From contig CATMQD010000001.1 in NCBI GenBank assembly GCA_950073045.1, positions 25,400 to 89,399 of the forward strand: 64,000 bases of DNA, read 5' to 3'. A program made the position numbers and the translations under genes. Positions within the stretch are counted from its first letter, which is position 1, and the number at the start of each line of letters is the position of its first letter. Source of the stretch: an uncultured Flavobacteriales bacterium (GTDB lineage: Bacteria; Bacteroidota; Bacteroidia; Flavobacteriales; Schleiferiaceae). The notes under the pieces were generated by a model. It was given only the letters and a program-made list of their open reading frames with translations. It made no database searches and was not told where the DNA came from. This document shows, piece by piece, positions 46,127 through 56,295 of this stretch.

Positions 46127-46513
46127 ATGAAGAAGTTATTTTCCGGCTTAGTGATAGCCAGTACGATTTTTCTATTCTCATGCGAGAACGAGGAACTCAA
46201 TCCAAAATATCCTTTTACCATTATTGTCAAAACCCAATCCGATTCGCTTCGGGTTCAGAATGTATTGGTAGAAGTTGCTGCCCCAGTCCCCGGGAACCAA
46301 GTCTGGTTAAAAGGGGCTACGAATACTGAGGGCGAGATCGATTTCGAATATCAACAAGCAGCAACCCTTGGCGTGAGAGCGAGCCGTGGGGAGCGACCTG
46401 ATTATACTTGGATCGGCTGCACCGAGATTCGCCTTATTCCAAATGAACACGTTACCAAAACCGTTTATATCCAACCTTACGACTCATTATTGGTTGGTTG
46501 CTCTTTCGATTAA
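46127..46513 (+). CDS. Hypothetical small lipoprotein
   Basis: Lipobox LFSC plus ENEE; paralogous to the previous gene. Confidence 0.78.
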   Translation: MKKLFSGLVIASTIFLFSCENEELNPKYPFTIIVKTQSDSLRVQNVLVEVAAPVPGNQVWLKGATNTEGEIDFEYQQAATLGVRASRGERPDYTWIGCTEIRLIPNEHVTKTVYIQPYDSLLVGCSFD

Positions 46514-46866
46514 TCCCAGATTTCATCATCGAAATATCGAATAACGGCCTCCTTCATTAATAAACTTTGCTCTCCTGCTTTTAAGTGGGGGAGTTTTTTT
46601 TGCAAACTATAATGAGGCCAACCTTCATCATCCAAACCCTCTAGTTTATAATAGCCATAAGGGCTTAAAAGTCTGCATATTGCAATGTGCATTAGCTCTA
46701 ACTTTTGATCCTTTTTAAAGGTTTTCCTTTGGGGAGGAACTCCCAATTCACGAACTCCAATCAGAAATAGAACTACGTCAATATCAGGTTCTTCTCCATC
46801 ACCAAAACGTTCCTTAACGTAATTAGTTATTCTACTCCATTTGTTTCTATTTTCTTGTTCAAGCAT
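46510..46866 (-). CDS. Conserved hypothetical protein
   Basis: LFLIGVRELG...KLELMHIAICRLLSPYGYY...GWPHY motif-like conserved pattern. Confidence 0.75.
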   Translation of the reverse strand: MLEQENRNKWSRITNYVKERFGDGEEPDIDVVLFLIGVRELGVPPQRKTFKKDQKLELMHIAICRLLSPYGYYKLEGLDDEGWPHYSLQKKLPHLKAGEQSLLMKEAVIRYFDDEIWD

Positions 46867-46908
46867 TGTTTCGCCTTTTGTTTTATATTGTCACACTAAT
46901 TATTAGCA

Positions 46909-47436
46909 TTGGACTTTTCTGCTCTTGACATTATACTATTAGCCCCGATAGTATTTGGAATCATCAAAGGTTTCATGAAGGGCTTTATCCGTGAGCTCGC
47001 GGCAATTTTAGGAATTTTTATTGGCGTTATCGCTGCCTACCTTTTGGCTGATAACGTTTTTAAATATTTTACCATTTACTTCGAATCGGTAGACTTTGAA
47101 TTAAAGATTATCAGTTACGTCGTAGTCTTCTTCGGAACTATTTTACTGGTAAACTCCTTGGCAAGCCTGCTTACTAGAACAATGAAAATAATAGCGCTTA
47201 ATGGTATCAACCGAATTCTGGGTGCCATTTTCGGAGCTATAAAATGGGCCACTTTAATGACCTTAGTTGTTTTCTCGCTAAATCGAATTCAGCAGAACAA
47301 AACCATCTTTCAAAAAAGTACTCTGAAGCAAAGTAAGGTCTATCAAAAGTTTTTAGGCTATAGCGAAAAGGCCGCCGAAACCATTGGTTTTGACGACCTC
47401 GCTGATAAACAATATCTTATTAAAGACGCTGGCTAA
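46909..47436 (+). CDS. cvpA: CvpA family membrane protein
   Basis: GIIKGFMKGFIREL; INRILGAIFG; TTG start. Confidence 0.88.
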   Translation: MDFSALDIILLAPIVFGIIKGFMKGFIRELAAILGIFIGVIAAYLLADNVFKYFTIYFESVDFELKIISYVVVFFGTILLVNSLASLLTRTMKIIALNGINRILGAIFGAIKWATLMTLVVFSLNRIQQNKTIFQKSTLKQSKVYQKFLGYSEKAAETIGFDDLADKQYLIKDAG

Positions 47437-48626
47437 TCTTCCAGAATAGCTGCTACACCTGGTAAAGTCTTTCCTTCTAAAAACTCTAACATGGCACCTC
47501 CACCGGTGCTAACGTAGCTAACCTGCTCAGCCATATTGAATTTTTTAATCGCCGCAACGGAGTCTCCACCCCCAACTAAAGTAAAAGCACCTCCTTTGGT
47601 GGCCTTGGCTATCATCTCTGCAGTCTTCACTGTTCCCTCGGAAAAGTGCTCAAATTCGAAAACTCCGAGCGGCCCGTTCCAAAGCACAGTTTTACTGGCT
47701 TCTATAATTGGCTCGAGAGCAACGATCGTCTCAGGGCCGGCATCTAATCCCATCCAGCCGTCTGGAATGCTCTTAGAATCCACTATATCGCGTTTTGCTT
47801 CATTGCTAAAATCATCGGCAATTACTGAATCAAGTGGTAAATGTATTTTAACCCCTTGTTTTTCAGCTTCTTGCATAATTTTCTGCGCTGTTTCTAGAAA
47901 ATCGTCCTCAACTAAGCTATTTCCAGTTTTTCCTCCTTGCGCTTTTAAAAATGTGAAAGCCATACCACCGCCAATTATCAGGTGATCGATTTTCGGAAGT
48001 AAATTTTCGAGTACAGAAATTTTGGAAGACACCTTCGCTCCACCCACAATTGCGGTAACCGGTTTCTTGCCTCCATGCAAAACCTTGTTCACATTATCAA
48101 TCTCAGCCTTTAGCACTAAACCAAAAGCCTTCTTGCTTTTAAAGTACTGAGCGATTACGGCAGTACTGGCATGAGCACGGTGGGCTGTACCAAATGCATC
48201 ATTGATATAAAAATCTCCATTATTCGCTAGCAACTTTGCAAAGGTTTCATCTCCTTTAGTTTCTTCTTTGTGAAAACGTAGGTTCTCCAATAATAGAATT
48301 GTTCCCTCTGGTAATTGTTTGGTCGCTAACTCCACGGCATCACCTACACAGTCATTAATAAACTGCACCTCTACTCCACTTAATTCACGCAGGTGCTCTA
48401 CCAGATGCTTAAGCGACAAGCTTTCGTCGGGGCCATCTTTTGGTCTGCCTAGATGCGACATTACGATTGGTCGTCCACCCTTTTCGATGATAGCTTTAAG
48501 GGTAGGAATATGAGCCTGCATTCGGCTGTCATCCGTAATATTTTGCTGGTCATCTAGAGGGACATTAAAATCTACGCGCACTAAAACACGTGCACCTTTT
48601 AAATCAAGATCGTTTATGCTTGGCAT
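47433..48626 (-). CDS. pgk: Phosphoglycerate kinase
   Basis: VRVDFNVP; LLENLRFH; GGGDS; STGGGAMLEFLEG; start MPSIND at 48626 preferred. Confidence 0.98.
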   Translation of the reverse strand: MPSINDLDLKGARVLVRVDFNVPLDDQQNITDDSRMQAHIPTLKAIIEKGGRPIVMSHLGRPKDGPDESLSLKHLVEHLRELSGVEVQFINDCVGDAVELATKQLPEGTILLLENLRFHKEETKGDETFAKLLANNGDFYINDAFGTAHRAHASTAVIAQYFKSKKAFGLVLKAEIDNVNKVLHGGKKPVTAIVGGAKVSSKISVLENLLPKIDHLIIGGGMAFTFLKAQGGKTGNSLVEDDFLETAQKIMQEAEKQGVKIHLPLDSVIADDFSNEAKRDIVDSKSIPDGWMGLDAGPETIVALEPIIEASKTVLWNGPLGVFEFEHFSEGTVKTAEMIAKATKGGAFTLVGGGDSVAAIKKFNMAEQVSYVSTGGGAMLEFLEGKTLPGVAAILED

Positions 48627-48682
48627 TTCTCGTAATTTTGAAGCGAAAATACGCCGCTTTGGCTTAAATAATTGCATACCGC

Positions 48683-49819
48683 ATGTTATTAAAAGATGTT
48701 CCGGGTTTAGCACCAGAAAAGAAGAAACTATTAGATTCTGTTCACCGCAATCATAATAGCCACGCACAGCTATTCCATGGACCCGCTGGAACGGCCTCCT
48801 TTGCCCTAGCCATAGCTTACGCTCAATATCTCGCTTGTAAAAACCCTGGTACTGATGACAGCTGCGGCGAATGCCAGTCCTGCAAACAATTTCATAAATA
48901 CAGTTATCCGGATCTTCACTTTAGCTTTCCTTTTGCTCGAATTGCAGGCGCACCTAAAGAACTTAATTGCGATTTCTTCGCGAAAGAATGGATCTCATTT
49001 ATTAGTGAAAGGCCTCTTTTTCATTTAAATGATTGGCTAAACAAGTTAGATGTAGCCAATAAACAAGCACAGATAAATGTTGATGAAGCCGCTAGGATCA
49101 TATCCAAATTAACGTTGAAGTCCTACAGTGGTGGACCTAAATTTGTAATCCTTTATCTGCCAGAATATCTACATCCTTCGGCCTCCAATAAACTCCTAAA
49201 AACATTGGAGGAACCTAGTGCCGATAGCATTATCATTCTTGTCTCTGAAAACCCAGAAAGACTTTTACAAACCATTACTAGCCGGTGCCAAAAAATCTAT
49301 ATTCCTCGTCCAAAAAACTCTGATATTCAAACTTATTTAGAATCCAATGGACTAAGTAGTGATGCAGCTGGTACGGCGGCAGCTGTGGCTGAAAACGACA
49401 TGGTACAAGCGCTAAATATTGCTAGAGACAGTGATCGTTATATACAATTTGGAGAACTATTTCAGAATTGGATGAGAGGATGCTACAGTGCCAAGGTTAA
49501 AGATATTTTCGCCTTTGTAGATCAATTCTCATCTTTAGATAAGGAGAGCCAAAAAGAAGCCCTTCGTTTTTTCATACAAACCTTAGAAATCTCATATGCA
49601 GCGGGCCGTAAAGGTCAAAGTATTAATCATCCAATTTACCAGAAACTCTCCTTTAAACTAGATGGGTTTGCTTCAGTGCTGCACCTTACTAATGCAAAAA
49701 TGGCCCTCGACGTTCTCGAAAAGGCCATTCATGATATTAGTCGAAATGGTAATGCCAAATTAATTCTTAGCGATGCCAGTTTTCAGTTTAGTAATCTATT
49801 GAGACTAAAAGAAGCTTAG
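48683..49819 (+). CDS. holB: DNA polymerase III delta-prime subunit
   Basis: SCGECQSC zinc motif; ASNKLLKTLEEP; TITSRCQ. Confidence 0.9.
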   Translation: MLLKDVPGLAPEKKKLLDSVHRNHNSHAQLFHGPAGTASFALAIAYAQYLACKNPGTDDSCGECQSCKQFHKYSYPDLHFSFPFARIAGAPKELNCDFFAKEWISFISERPLFHLNDWLNKLDVANKQAQINVDEAARIISKLTLKSYSGGPKFVILYLPEYLHPSASNKLLKTLEEPSADSIIILVSENPERLLQTITSRCQKIYIPRPKNSDIQTYLESNGLSSDAAGTAAAVAENDMVQALNIARDSDRYIQFGELFQNWMRGCYSAKVKDIFAFVDQFSSLDKESQKEALRFFIQTLEISYAAGRKGQSINHPIYQKLSFKLDGFASVLHLTNAKMALDVLEKAIHDISRNGNAKLILSDASFQFSNLLRLKEA

Positions 49820-50703
49820 GCCTTTTTTTCTAATACATAGATTAAGCTACTCATATTACGCTCTGAGCTTCCTCCCTTTATATTTGAACGTAAGCCTTGC
49901 CAAAAGGCTTGAACTGGTCTTTGCTTTCCATATCTGTTTTTCTCACTCAACAAAGAAACATAGAAACTATCGAATGGCATATTATAAACCTGCTTAAGGC
50001 TGAAGCCATGTTTTTCGGCTAGGTTTTGAATATCCCCCTTACAAAAATGCCATAAATGTAATGGTACATCTAGTGCTGCCCAATCTGATTTATAATATTC
50101 CGAATCTTCTGATTCATGATTCGGCAGAGCAAGTACCAAATAGCCTCCTTTAGCCAAGCGTGAATGAAAGTATTGAAGCGTTTCATTTAAATCGGGGATA
50201 TGCTCTAATACATGCCATAGAGTAAAAACCCCAACGGAACCCTTGTCTAGCTCTTCCCTGTTTTCTGGATCTCTAAGGTCTAAACCCTTCTTACTTGCAT
50301 TCTCTCTTGCAACATTTGAAGGCTCAAATCCCTTTACTTCCCAATTTTGCCCCTGTGCATATTTCAAAAACTCACCGGTACCCGCGCCATAATCAACTAA
50401 ACTCTTCAACGGAGCATTTAGATTTGAAACTAAATTGAATTTAGATTTAATCGCTCGTTTGCGAACAATACCATAAACCTGGTCCATCAATCCACCTTTA
50501 CCATCGGTATGACTAACATAATCGTCGCTCTCATAATACGCCGCCAATTCCGCACCTTCTGGTGCTGGATTAGTAAACCAAAAGCCACATTTATTGCAGC
50601 TATCAATATTAAATTCTTCGCGTTTACCACGAAAATAATACGGCTTCCGAGCCGATGTAAAGGATTGCCCACCACATACGGGGCATTCAGAATGTTGCTT
50701 CAT
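49816..50703 (-). CDS. Class I SAM-dependent methyltransferase with N-terminal Zn-ribbon
   Basis: CPVC...CNKC; LVDYGAGTGEF; WHVLEH; DVPLHLWHF. Confidence 0.88.
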   Translation of the reverse strand: MKQHSECPVCGGQSFTSARKPYYFRGKREEFNIDSCNKCGFWFTNPAPEGAELAAYYESDDYVSHTDGKGGLMDQVYGIVRKRAIKSKFNLVSNLNAPLKSLVDYGAGTGEFLKYAQGQNWEVKGFEPSNVARENASKKGLDLRDPENREELDKGSVGVFTLWHVLEHIPDLNETLQYFHSRLAKGGYLVLALPNHESEDSEYYKSDWAALDVPLHLWHFCKGDIQNLAEKHGFSLKQVYNMPFDSFYVSLLSEKNRYGKQRPVQAFWQGLRSNIKGGSSERNMSSLIYVLEKKA

Positions 50704-50718
50704 GTTTCACGTGGAACT
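50703..50718. other. parS centromere-like site
   Basis: TGTTTCACGTGGAACT (reverse complement AGTTCCACGTGAAACA) versus consensus TGTTNCACGTGAAACA. Confidence 0.85.
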
Positions 50719-52588
50719 ATCGGCCCATATAGACCAGTAATACACTAATATCCGCAGGACTAACCCCACTTATAGCTTTAGCTTGTTTAATACTTGTAGG
50801 CTTTCCCTCACTTAACTTCTCCCGTGCTTCATAACTAAGAGACTTCAACTTACGGTAATCAAAGTCTATCGGTATCTTAAGATCCTCTAAACGGTCAATC
50901 TTAGCTGCGGCCTCTTTTTCTTTTTCTAAATACCCAGAATATTTTGCCTCTATTTCTACCCTATCGATATTCTCTTGAGATATACCCTCTGAGTCGATTA
51001 GTTCAATCAATGCCGATAAATTTGCAAAATCCCTAAAACTTAACTGCGGACGGGCGATTAAACGCTCAAATTTTAGCTTTTGCTTAATTGGACTCAAATT
51101 AAGAGGCTCCAAAATAGCATTAGCCTCCTGTGGACTTATAGAATAATCTTTTACCCACTTTTTTAGTGACTCTGTTTTACTTTGTTTTAACTCAAACTCC
51201 TTAATGCGCTCATGTGATAATAATCCAATTTCGTGACCTAAAGGACTTAAACGCTCATCGGCGTTATCCTGCCTTAAAAGAATGCGATATTCTGCACGGG
51301 AAGTAAACATACGATAAGGCTCCTCGGTACCCTTTGTAATTAAATCATCGATAAGCACCCCTATATAAGCCTGATCCCTACTTAACACAAATGGCTCTTC
51401 TTCTTTAATTGCCCTAACCGCATTAATTCCAGCCATTAAACCTTGACTAGCGGCTTCTTCATATCCAGTGGTACCATTAATTTGACCCGCAAAATAAAGT
51501 CCCTTTACCAGTTTAGTTTCTAAACTATGACTTAATTGTGTAGGTGGAAAATAATCGTATTCAATGGCATATCCAGGCCTAAAGATCTTTACATTCTCAA
51601 AGCCCTTTACCTTTCGTAATGCCTTTTCTTGAATCTCTTGGGGTAAACTGGTACTAAATCCGTTTACATAAATTTCTACAGTATTCCAGCCCTCAGGCTC
51701 AACAAAAATTTGATGTCGATCCTTATCAGCAAACTTGAAAATTTTATCCTCAATTGAAGGACAATAGCGTGGCCCAGTAGATTGAATAGCGCCATTAAAC
51801 ATCGGGCTTCTATCGAAACCTTCTTTTAAAGTCTCATGTACCTCAGCACTTGTAAAAGTAATGTGGCAGCTGCGTTGCTCTTTTAAAGGAGCAGTTTTAG
51901 AACTAAAAGAAAACTTCTCGGGAACGTCGTCACCCTTCTGTTCTTCCATTACCGAATAATCCAATGAACGCCCGTCAACTCTTGGTGGCGTCCCCGTTTT
52001 CATACGGCCAGATTCAAATCCTAAATCAATTAAACGCTCTGTAATTCCAACTGCTGCCCGCTCTCCTGCACGGCCGCCTCCATACTGTTTATCTCCAATA
52101 TGTATTAATCCATTAAGAAAAGTGCCATTGGTAAGAATAACTTTCTTGGAATGAATTTCTACACCCATTCCAGTTTTTACACCAATAATCTGCTCGCCTT
52201 CTACAATAAGGTCAATAACCATATCCTGAAAGAAGTCTAACTTTGGAATAGCTTCGAGGCTCAATCTCCATTCCTCAGCAAAACGCCATCGATCACTCTG
52301 AACTCTTGGAGACCACATTGCCGGTCCCTTACTGCGATTAAGCATCCGGAATTGAATCGCTGTTTTATCAGAAATTATTCCCGATAAGCCACCTAAAGCA
52401 TCAATCTCCCGCACGATTTGACCTTTGGCAATACCACCCATTGCCGGATTACAAGACATCTGGCCAATGGTTTGAAGATTCATGGTTACTAATAAAGTGG
52501 AAGCACCAAGGTTTGCCGCAGCTGCAGCAGCCTCTGCTCCAGCATGACCTCCTCCCACTACAATTACATCATACTTCGTGTTGATCAT
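50717..52588 (-). CDS. mnmG: tRNA uridine 5-carboxymethylaminomethyl modification enzyme MnmG (GidA)
   Basis: VVGGGHAG; MSCNPAMGG; GPRYCPSIEDK; AGQINGTTGYEEAA. Confidence 0.99.
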   Translation of the reverse strand: MINTKYDVIVVGGGHAGAEAAAAAANLGASTLLVTMNLQTIGQMSCNPAMGGIAKGQIVREIDALGGLSGIISDKTAIQFRMLNRSKGPAMWSPRVQSDRWRFAEEWRLSLEAIPKLDFFQDMVIDLIVEGEQIIGVKTGMGVEIHSKKVILTNGTFLNGLIHIGDKQYGGGRAGERAAVGITERLIDLGFESGRMKTGTPPRVDGRSLDYSVMEEQKGDDVPEKFSFSSKTAPLKEQRSCHITFTSAEVHETLKEGFDRSPMFNGAIQSTGPRYCPSIEDKIFKFADKDRHQIFVEPEGWNTVEIYVNGFSTSLPQEIQEKALRKVKGFENVKIFRPGYAIEYDYFPPTQLSHSLETKLVKGLYFAGQINGTTGYEEAASQGLMAGINAVRAIKEEEPFVLSRDQAYIGVLIDDLITKGTEEPYRMFTSRAEYRILLRQDNADERLSPLGHEIGLLSHERIKEFELKQSKTESLKKWVKDYSISPQEANAILEPLNLSPIKQKLKFERLIARPQLSFRDFANLSALIELIDSEGISQENIDRVEIEAKYSGYLEKEKEAAAKIDRLEDLKIPIDFDYRKLKSLSYEAREKLSEGKPTSIKQAKAISGVSPADISVLLVYMGR

Positions 52589-52591
52589 AAG

Positions 52592-52607
52592 CGTTCCACG
52601 TGAAACA
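52592..52607. other. parS centromere-like site
   Basis: CGTTCCACGTGAAACA, 15/16 match to consensus. Confidence 0.88.
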
Positions 52608-52628
52608 TTTGAAGAATTTGATAATCAA

Positions 52629-53051
52629 TTATTTGGGCCGCGAAATTAGACATTTTTCCTCTTCCAACCGCATTTGCCGTTTATCCTCATCAGTTTGGTC
52701 ATCCCAACCCATACAGTGTAATAATCCATGAGCTAGAACACGCATGTATTCATCCATTTCAGGAATACCCCGTTCCTTCGCGTTAAACTCTATAGTATCC
52801 TGCCCCAAAAATACCTCAACCTTTAATTTAGATCCTCTACTGTGATTAAGTGTAATAATGTCTGTCGGATAATCGTGATCTAAAAGCGAGACATTTAATT
52901 CTTGAATAGCTATATCATCTAAAAACTCATAATTCACACGCTTAAGCACATGATTACGCTCTTCTACAATATTAACTAACCACTCTTCTATTTTAGTGGC
53001 ATTATTTAAAATATGTTCAGGAACCAAGCCCGCAAATTCAACTTTTGCCAT
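52629..53051 (-). CDS. ybeY: rRNA maturation RNase YbeY
   Basis: LDHDYPTDIIT; RVLAHGLLHCMG. Confidence 0.88.
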   Translation of the reverse strand: MAKVEFAGLVPEHILNNATKIEEWLVNIVEERNHVLKRVNYEFLDDIAIQELNVSLLDHDYPTDIITLNHSRGSKLKVEVFLGQDTIEFNAKERGIPEMDEYMRVLAHGLLHCMGWDDQTDEDKRQMRLEEEKCLISRPK

Positions 53052-56000
53052 TTGTAAGAATATTGTAAAACGGAATTAAATTCAATGACCTGCGATTATA
53101 AGAATCAACACTTGGCTTCTTATTAATTTCTTGTGACTCCTCCCTTCCATTACGCATACCCCGATTATCACCAGAATTGGATTTACGTTCCTCCTTCTGC
53201 TTGCGCTCTTCCTCTGCTCGTTCGTCCTCCAACAATCTAGATTCAACTCTTTTAAACCGCTCCTTATATTCTGCAATATTCCGGTCCAAAAGGAGATCTT
53301 CCATCCTATCCAATTCTTCTAATACATCCGACTTGGATTTACCATTGCCCCCTTTAGCATCCTCAGACTCCTTTTCAGCATTCTTTATCATTTGCCTTAA
53401 GGCCTCCTGTTCACTTAAAATCTTACCAATTTCCTCCGAAGACTTACCCTCTTTACCATCACCACTTTTTGAACCTTTTTGAAGCTTATCTATCATCGAA
53501 CCAATCTCTGAAGCCTTTTTACCCATTTGTCCTGGTTTAGGCTTAGCCCCTCCTGGCTTTTCGCAATTCTGATTACCGGGTTGTTGCATAGCCATCATCG
53601 ACATCATGTTCTGCAAACTATTATCCAATAGCAAAGCCAATTCGTTAGCAGCCATCATGGAGTATTGATGACCTACAGAAGCCTTACTGATTTCTTGCTC
53701 CTGCAAAGACGCTTTGGCATTATCCAACTCATCTATCATTTTAGCCAATTCTGTAAAAACCTTTTCCTGGATTTGTGGTGCCTTTTGAGCCAAGACCTCT
53801 AAACTATCACGTATTACCTCTGACGAACTAAGCAATTTCCGTTGCTCTACCAATAATTTGCGAAAATTTGGATCATCCTTACCCAAATTATTAATGCCCA
53901 ATCCTGCCGATTCTACATCTAGACTAAAACGTTTCAAGTTTTCTAGTATCGACCGTAAGCTTTCAATATTCATCTGAAGCGCCTGCGATTGCATTTGCAT
54001 CATCATTGAACTTAAAGACTCACTCATTTCCTGCATCTTCTCCGAGGCCTTTTCCTCACTCTCATTAGATTCGCCCTGCTCACCTGACTCACTTTGTTCT
54101 TGTGCCTTATTCAGCTCTTCCTCAGCCTGATCCTTGCTTTCCTGAAACTCCGATGAACTTAATTGCTCTTTAAGTTCATCCTTTTTTTCAGCAAGCTCCT
54201 CCATTTTCTCCATGGATTCTTTAAACTCCTCCTTTTTCTCCTGAATTTCCTCTGAGGAAGTCTCCTGCTTAGACATTTCTTTTAATTCCTCCGACAGGGA
54301 TTTTAAGCGATCGATTTCTTTGAGCACATCCCTCTGAAAAGCTAAATCCTCCAACAACTTATCTAACCGTTCTTCCTGCCTTTGCTGCTGCTGATTCTCC
54401 TTCTGTAATTGTTGCAGCTTTTCCTTGATATCTTTCATATCAAGTTTATCCATCAATTCCTTTAGTTCCTCTTCTAAGCGCTTTAATTCTTCTTCCTTCT
54501 CATTAATCTCCTCGAGACGGTCCTTTACCATTTCTTTGTTCAAAGAATCCGTCTTTAAATCTTTCAACTTTTCCTCTAAGGCCTTACGTTCCTCTAAACG
54601 CTTTTCCCTTTCAGCAGCTAAATCTTTAAGCTGATCATTTAATTGCTCCTTATCCTTCCACGATAAAGACTTCTGATCAATCAATGATTCTTGCAACTTA
54701 TCCAGCTTCTCATCGTACTCCTTCATCAATTGTTCCTTCTCAGATTTGGCACCAGAGTAAGACTTTAAGCTTTCATAAGCCCTATTCTCCATAGCTTCAT
54801 CATCCAAGACCTTAAGTTGTAACTTGCGACTAATTGCAGACTTGGCACCATTAATCTTATCATTATCCCAAACCCTGTAGTAGAGTTCAATTGGCTCCGA
54901 AGATTTAACTGTATCAAGGTTTACTTCATCACGGTAGCCACCACCAACAAACTTCAAGCTTTTAGCAAACTCCTTATCACCCACCTTTAGAATGCGCTCC
55001 AGTCTTGTTAAACCATAATCATCAGAAAAACTAAGATCAATTTGCCAAAGAGAGCGGTCAATGCTATCCAATCGATTAACACGAATACTAGGAGCGATAT
55101 CTCGAATAGGAATAAAGCGCGTTCCGCCATACATTTCCAAAGTATCTTCTTGATTAGATAAGAACAAATCGAACTCCTCTTCTCTTAAAAGTTTGGAACT
55201 AAACAGCCCATTACTGAAAGTTCCAGAGTCCTCCTTGCCAGAAAACCAGGCTCTTTCCACCGCCTCCACATTAAGCATTCTTAGTTTATAGGTGCTGCCT
55301 TCCGGAAAACGATGTACTCCTCGAAGTTGCTCCTTACTACTAGCTAAAGCAGTGTAGGCCGGGGGAATAATCTCTAATTCAAAAGCACCTACTTTAGGTC
55401 GATTGTATACTTCTATAAAAACCTTCTCACTTTGATAACCGTTCGCTTCAAAAACTACTGTCGCAGAATGCTCCAAAGACTCAATGATTAAAGACCAATC
55501 CTTTCGTGATTTGCGTTCTGGCAAAAATTCCAAGCCATCAATAATAGCTTGTACATCGATTGGTAAATCCTCTCCACTTAATCCCAAGCTGATTTCTAAG
55601 CTTTCCCCTTTAGCAATACGGTAATTTCTCTGTTCTAAATCAAAACTAAAGGGAGCCGGAGGGCGAAAATCTTGATTATAATTAACCAGGCGCCTTCCAC
55701 TATCCATTATTGATGTGCTATCCCAAACCATTAATGAGACTAAAATCAGAACAGGAACAAGGAACAGTGGTAACACCTTTCTTAATCCTCCCCACTTTAT
55801 AGCGGTGTTAAAACGGTAAGGCTCTAATAGACTAATCTTTTGCTCTATGGCAGCCGCTACTAAACCCGAACTTTGCAAATCCTGCTCACTAAGTGTTAGC
55901 GTATTTAAAATCTTATCCTTTAAACCTTGATCTAAAGAGTCCAAAATCTCAGCTGCATCCTGGTAAGACATGCCCCGCACAAGTTTAAGCATCCTTAACA

Positions 56001-56232
56001 AGGGTACCAACACATACAACACTAACCAAGCAAGGAAAAGAATAACAAAGGACCAAAACATAAATGCTCTTGTCCCAGTAGAAAAGCGACCCCAATTTTC
56101 CAGAACTAAATAAGTCAAGAAAGTAAGTAAGCTTAAACCTGACCAAATCAAGGCACCCTTAACCATACGAAAGAGGTAAAACTTTCGAATAAACTGGTCT
56201 AATCGCTTTCTTAAAATATCTATGCTTGCCAT
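53038..56232 (-). CDS. DUF4175-like membrane-anchored long coiled-coil protein
   Basis: Three N-terminal TM segments, Ig-like middle with DDYGL and WDND, E/K/Q-rich coiled coil. Confidence 0.75.
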   Translation of the reverse strand: MASIDILRKRLDQFIRKFYLFRMVKGALIWSGLSLLTFLTYLVLENWGRFSTGTRAFMFWSFVILFLAWLVLYVLVPLLRMLKLVRGMSYQDAAEILDSLDQGLKDKILNTLTLSEQDLQSSGLVAAAIEQKISLLEPYRFNTAIKWGGLRKVLPLFLVPVLILVSLMVWDSTSIMDSGRRLVNYNQDFRPPAPFSFDLEQRNYRIAKGESLEISLGLSGEDLPIDVQAIIDGLEFLPERKSRKDWSLIIESLEHSATVVFEANGYQSEKVFIEVYNRPKVGAFELEIIPPAYTALASSKEQLRGVHRFPEGSTYKLRMLNVEAVERAWFSGKEDSGTFSNGLFSSKLLREEEFDLFLSNQEDTLEMYGGTRFIPIRDIAPSIRVNRLDSIDRSLWQIDLSFSDDYGLTRLERILKVGDKEFAKSLKFVGGGYRDEVNLDTVKSSEPIELYYRVWDNDKINGAKSAISRKLQLKVLDDEAMENRAYESLKSYSGAKSEKEQLMKEYDEKLDKLQESLIDQKSLSWKDKEQLNDQLKDLAAEREKRLEERKALEEKLKDLKTDSLNKEMVKDRLEEINEKEEELKRLEEELKELMDKLDMKDIKEKLQQLQKENQQQQRQEERLDKLLEDLAFQRDVLKEIDRLKSLSEELKEMSKQETSSEEIQEKKEEFKESMEKMEELAEKKDELKEQLSSSEFQESKDQAEEELNKAQEQSESGEQGESNESEEKASEKMQEMSESLSSMMMQMQSQALQMNIESLRSILENLKRFSLDVESAGLGINNLGKDDPNFRKLLVEQRKLLSSSEVIRDSLEVLAQKAPQIQEKVFTELAKMIDELDNAKASLQEQEISKASVGHQYSMMAANELALLLDNSLQNMMSMMAMQQPGNQNCEKPGGAKPKPGQMGKKASEIGSMIDKLQKGSKSGDGKEGKSSEEIGKILSEQEALRQMIKNAEKESEDAKGGNGKSKSDVLEELDRMEDLLLDRNIAEYKERFKRVESRLLEDERAEEERKQKEERKSNSGDNRGMRNGREESQEINKKPSVDSYNRRSLNLIPFYNILTNGKS

Positions 56233-56295
56233 ATTCTAAATCCCATTAATAGAGCTAATAGAAACCTTATCTTTGCCGCCCTTTAAAACGCTGTT

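Noticed and set aside
27876-48767. N-terminal extensions in the ORF track for crotonase (to 28028) and pgk (to 48767); likewise the adhesin (20797) and beta-helix cargo (21901)
   Set aside because: The extensions overlap neighbouring genes or precede the signal peptide; downstream ATGs match family N-termini
52629-53051. Inactive YbeY (third His missing in HGLLHCMGWDD)
   Set aside because: From recollection, Bacteroidota YbeY proteins commonly lack this His, so it is not distinctive
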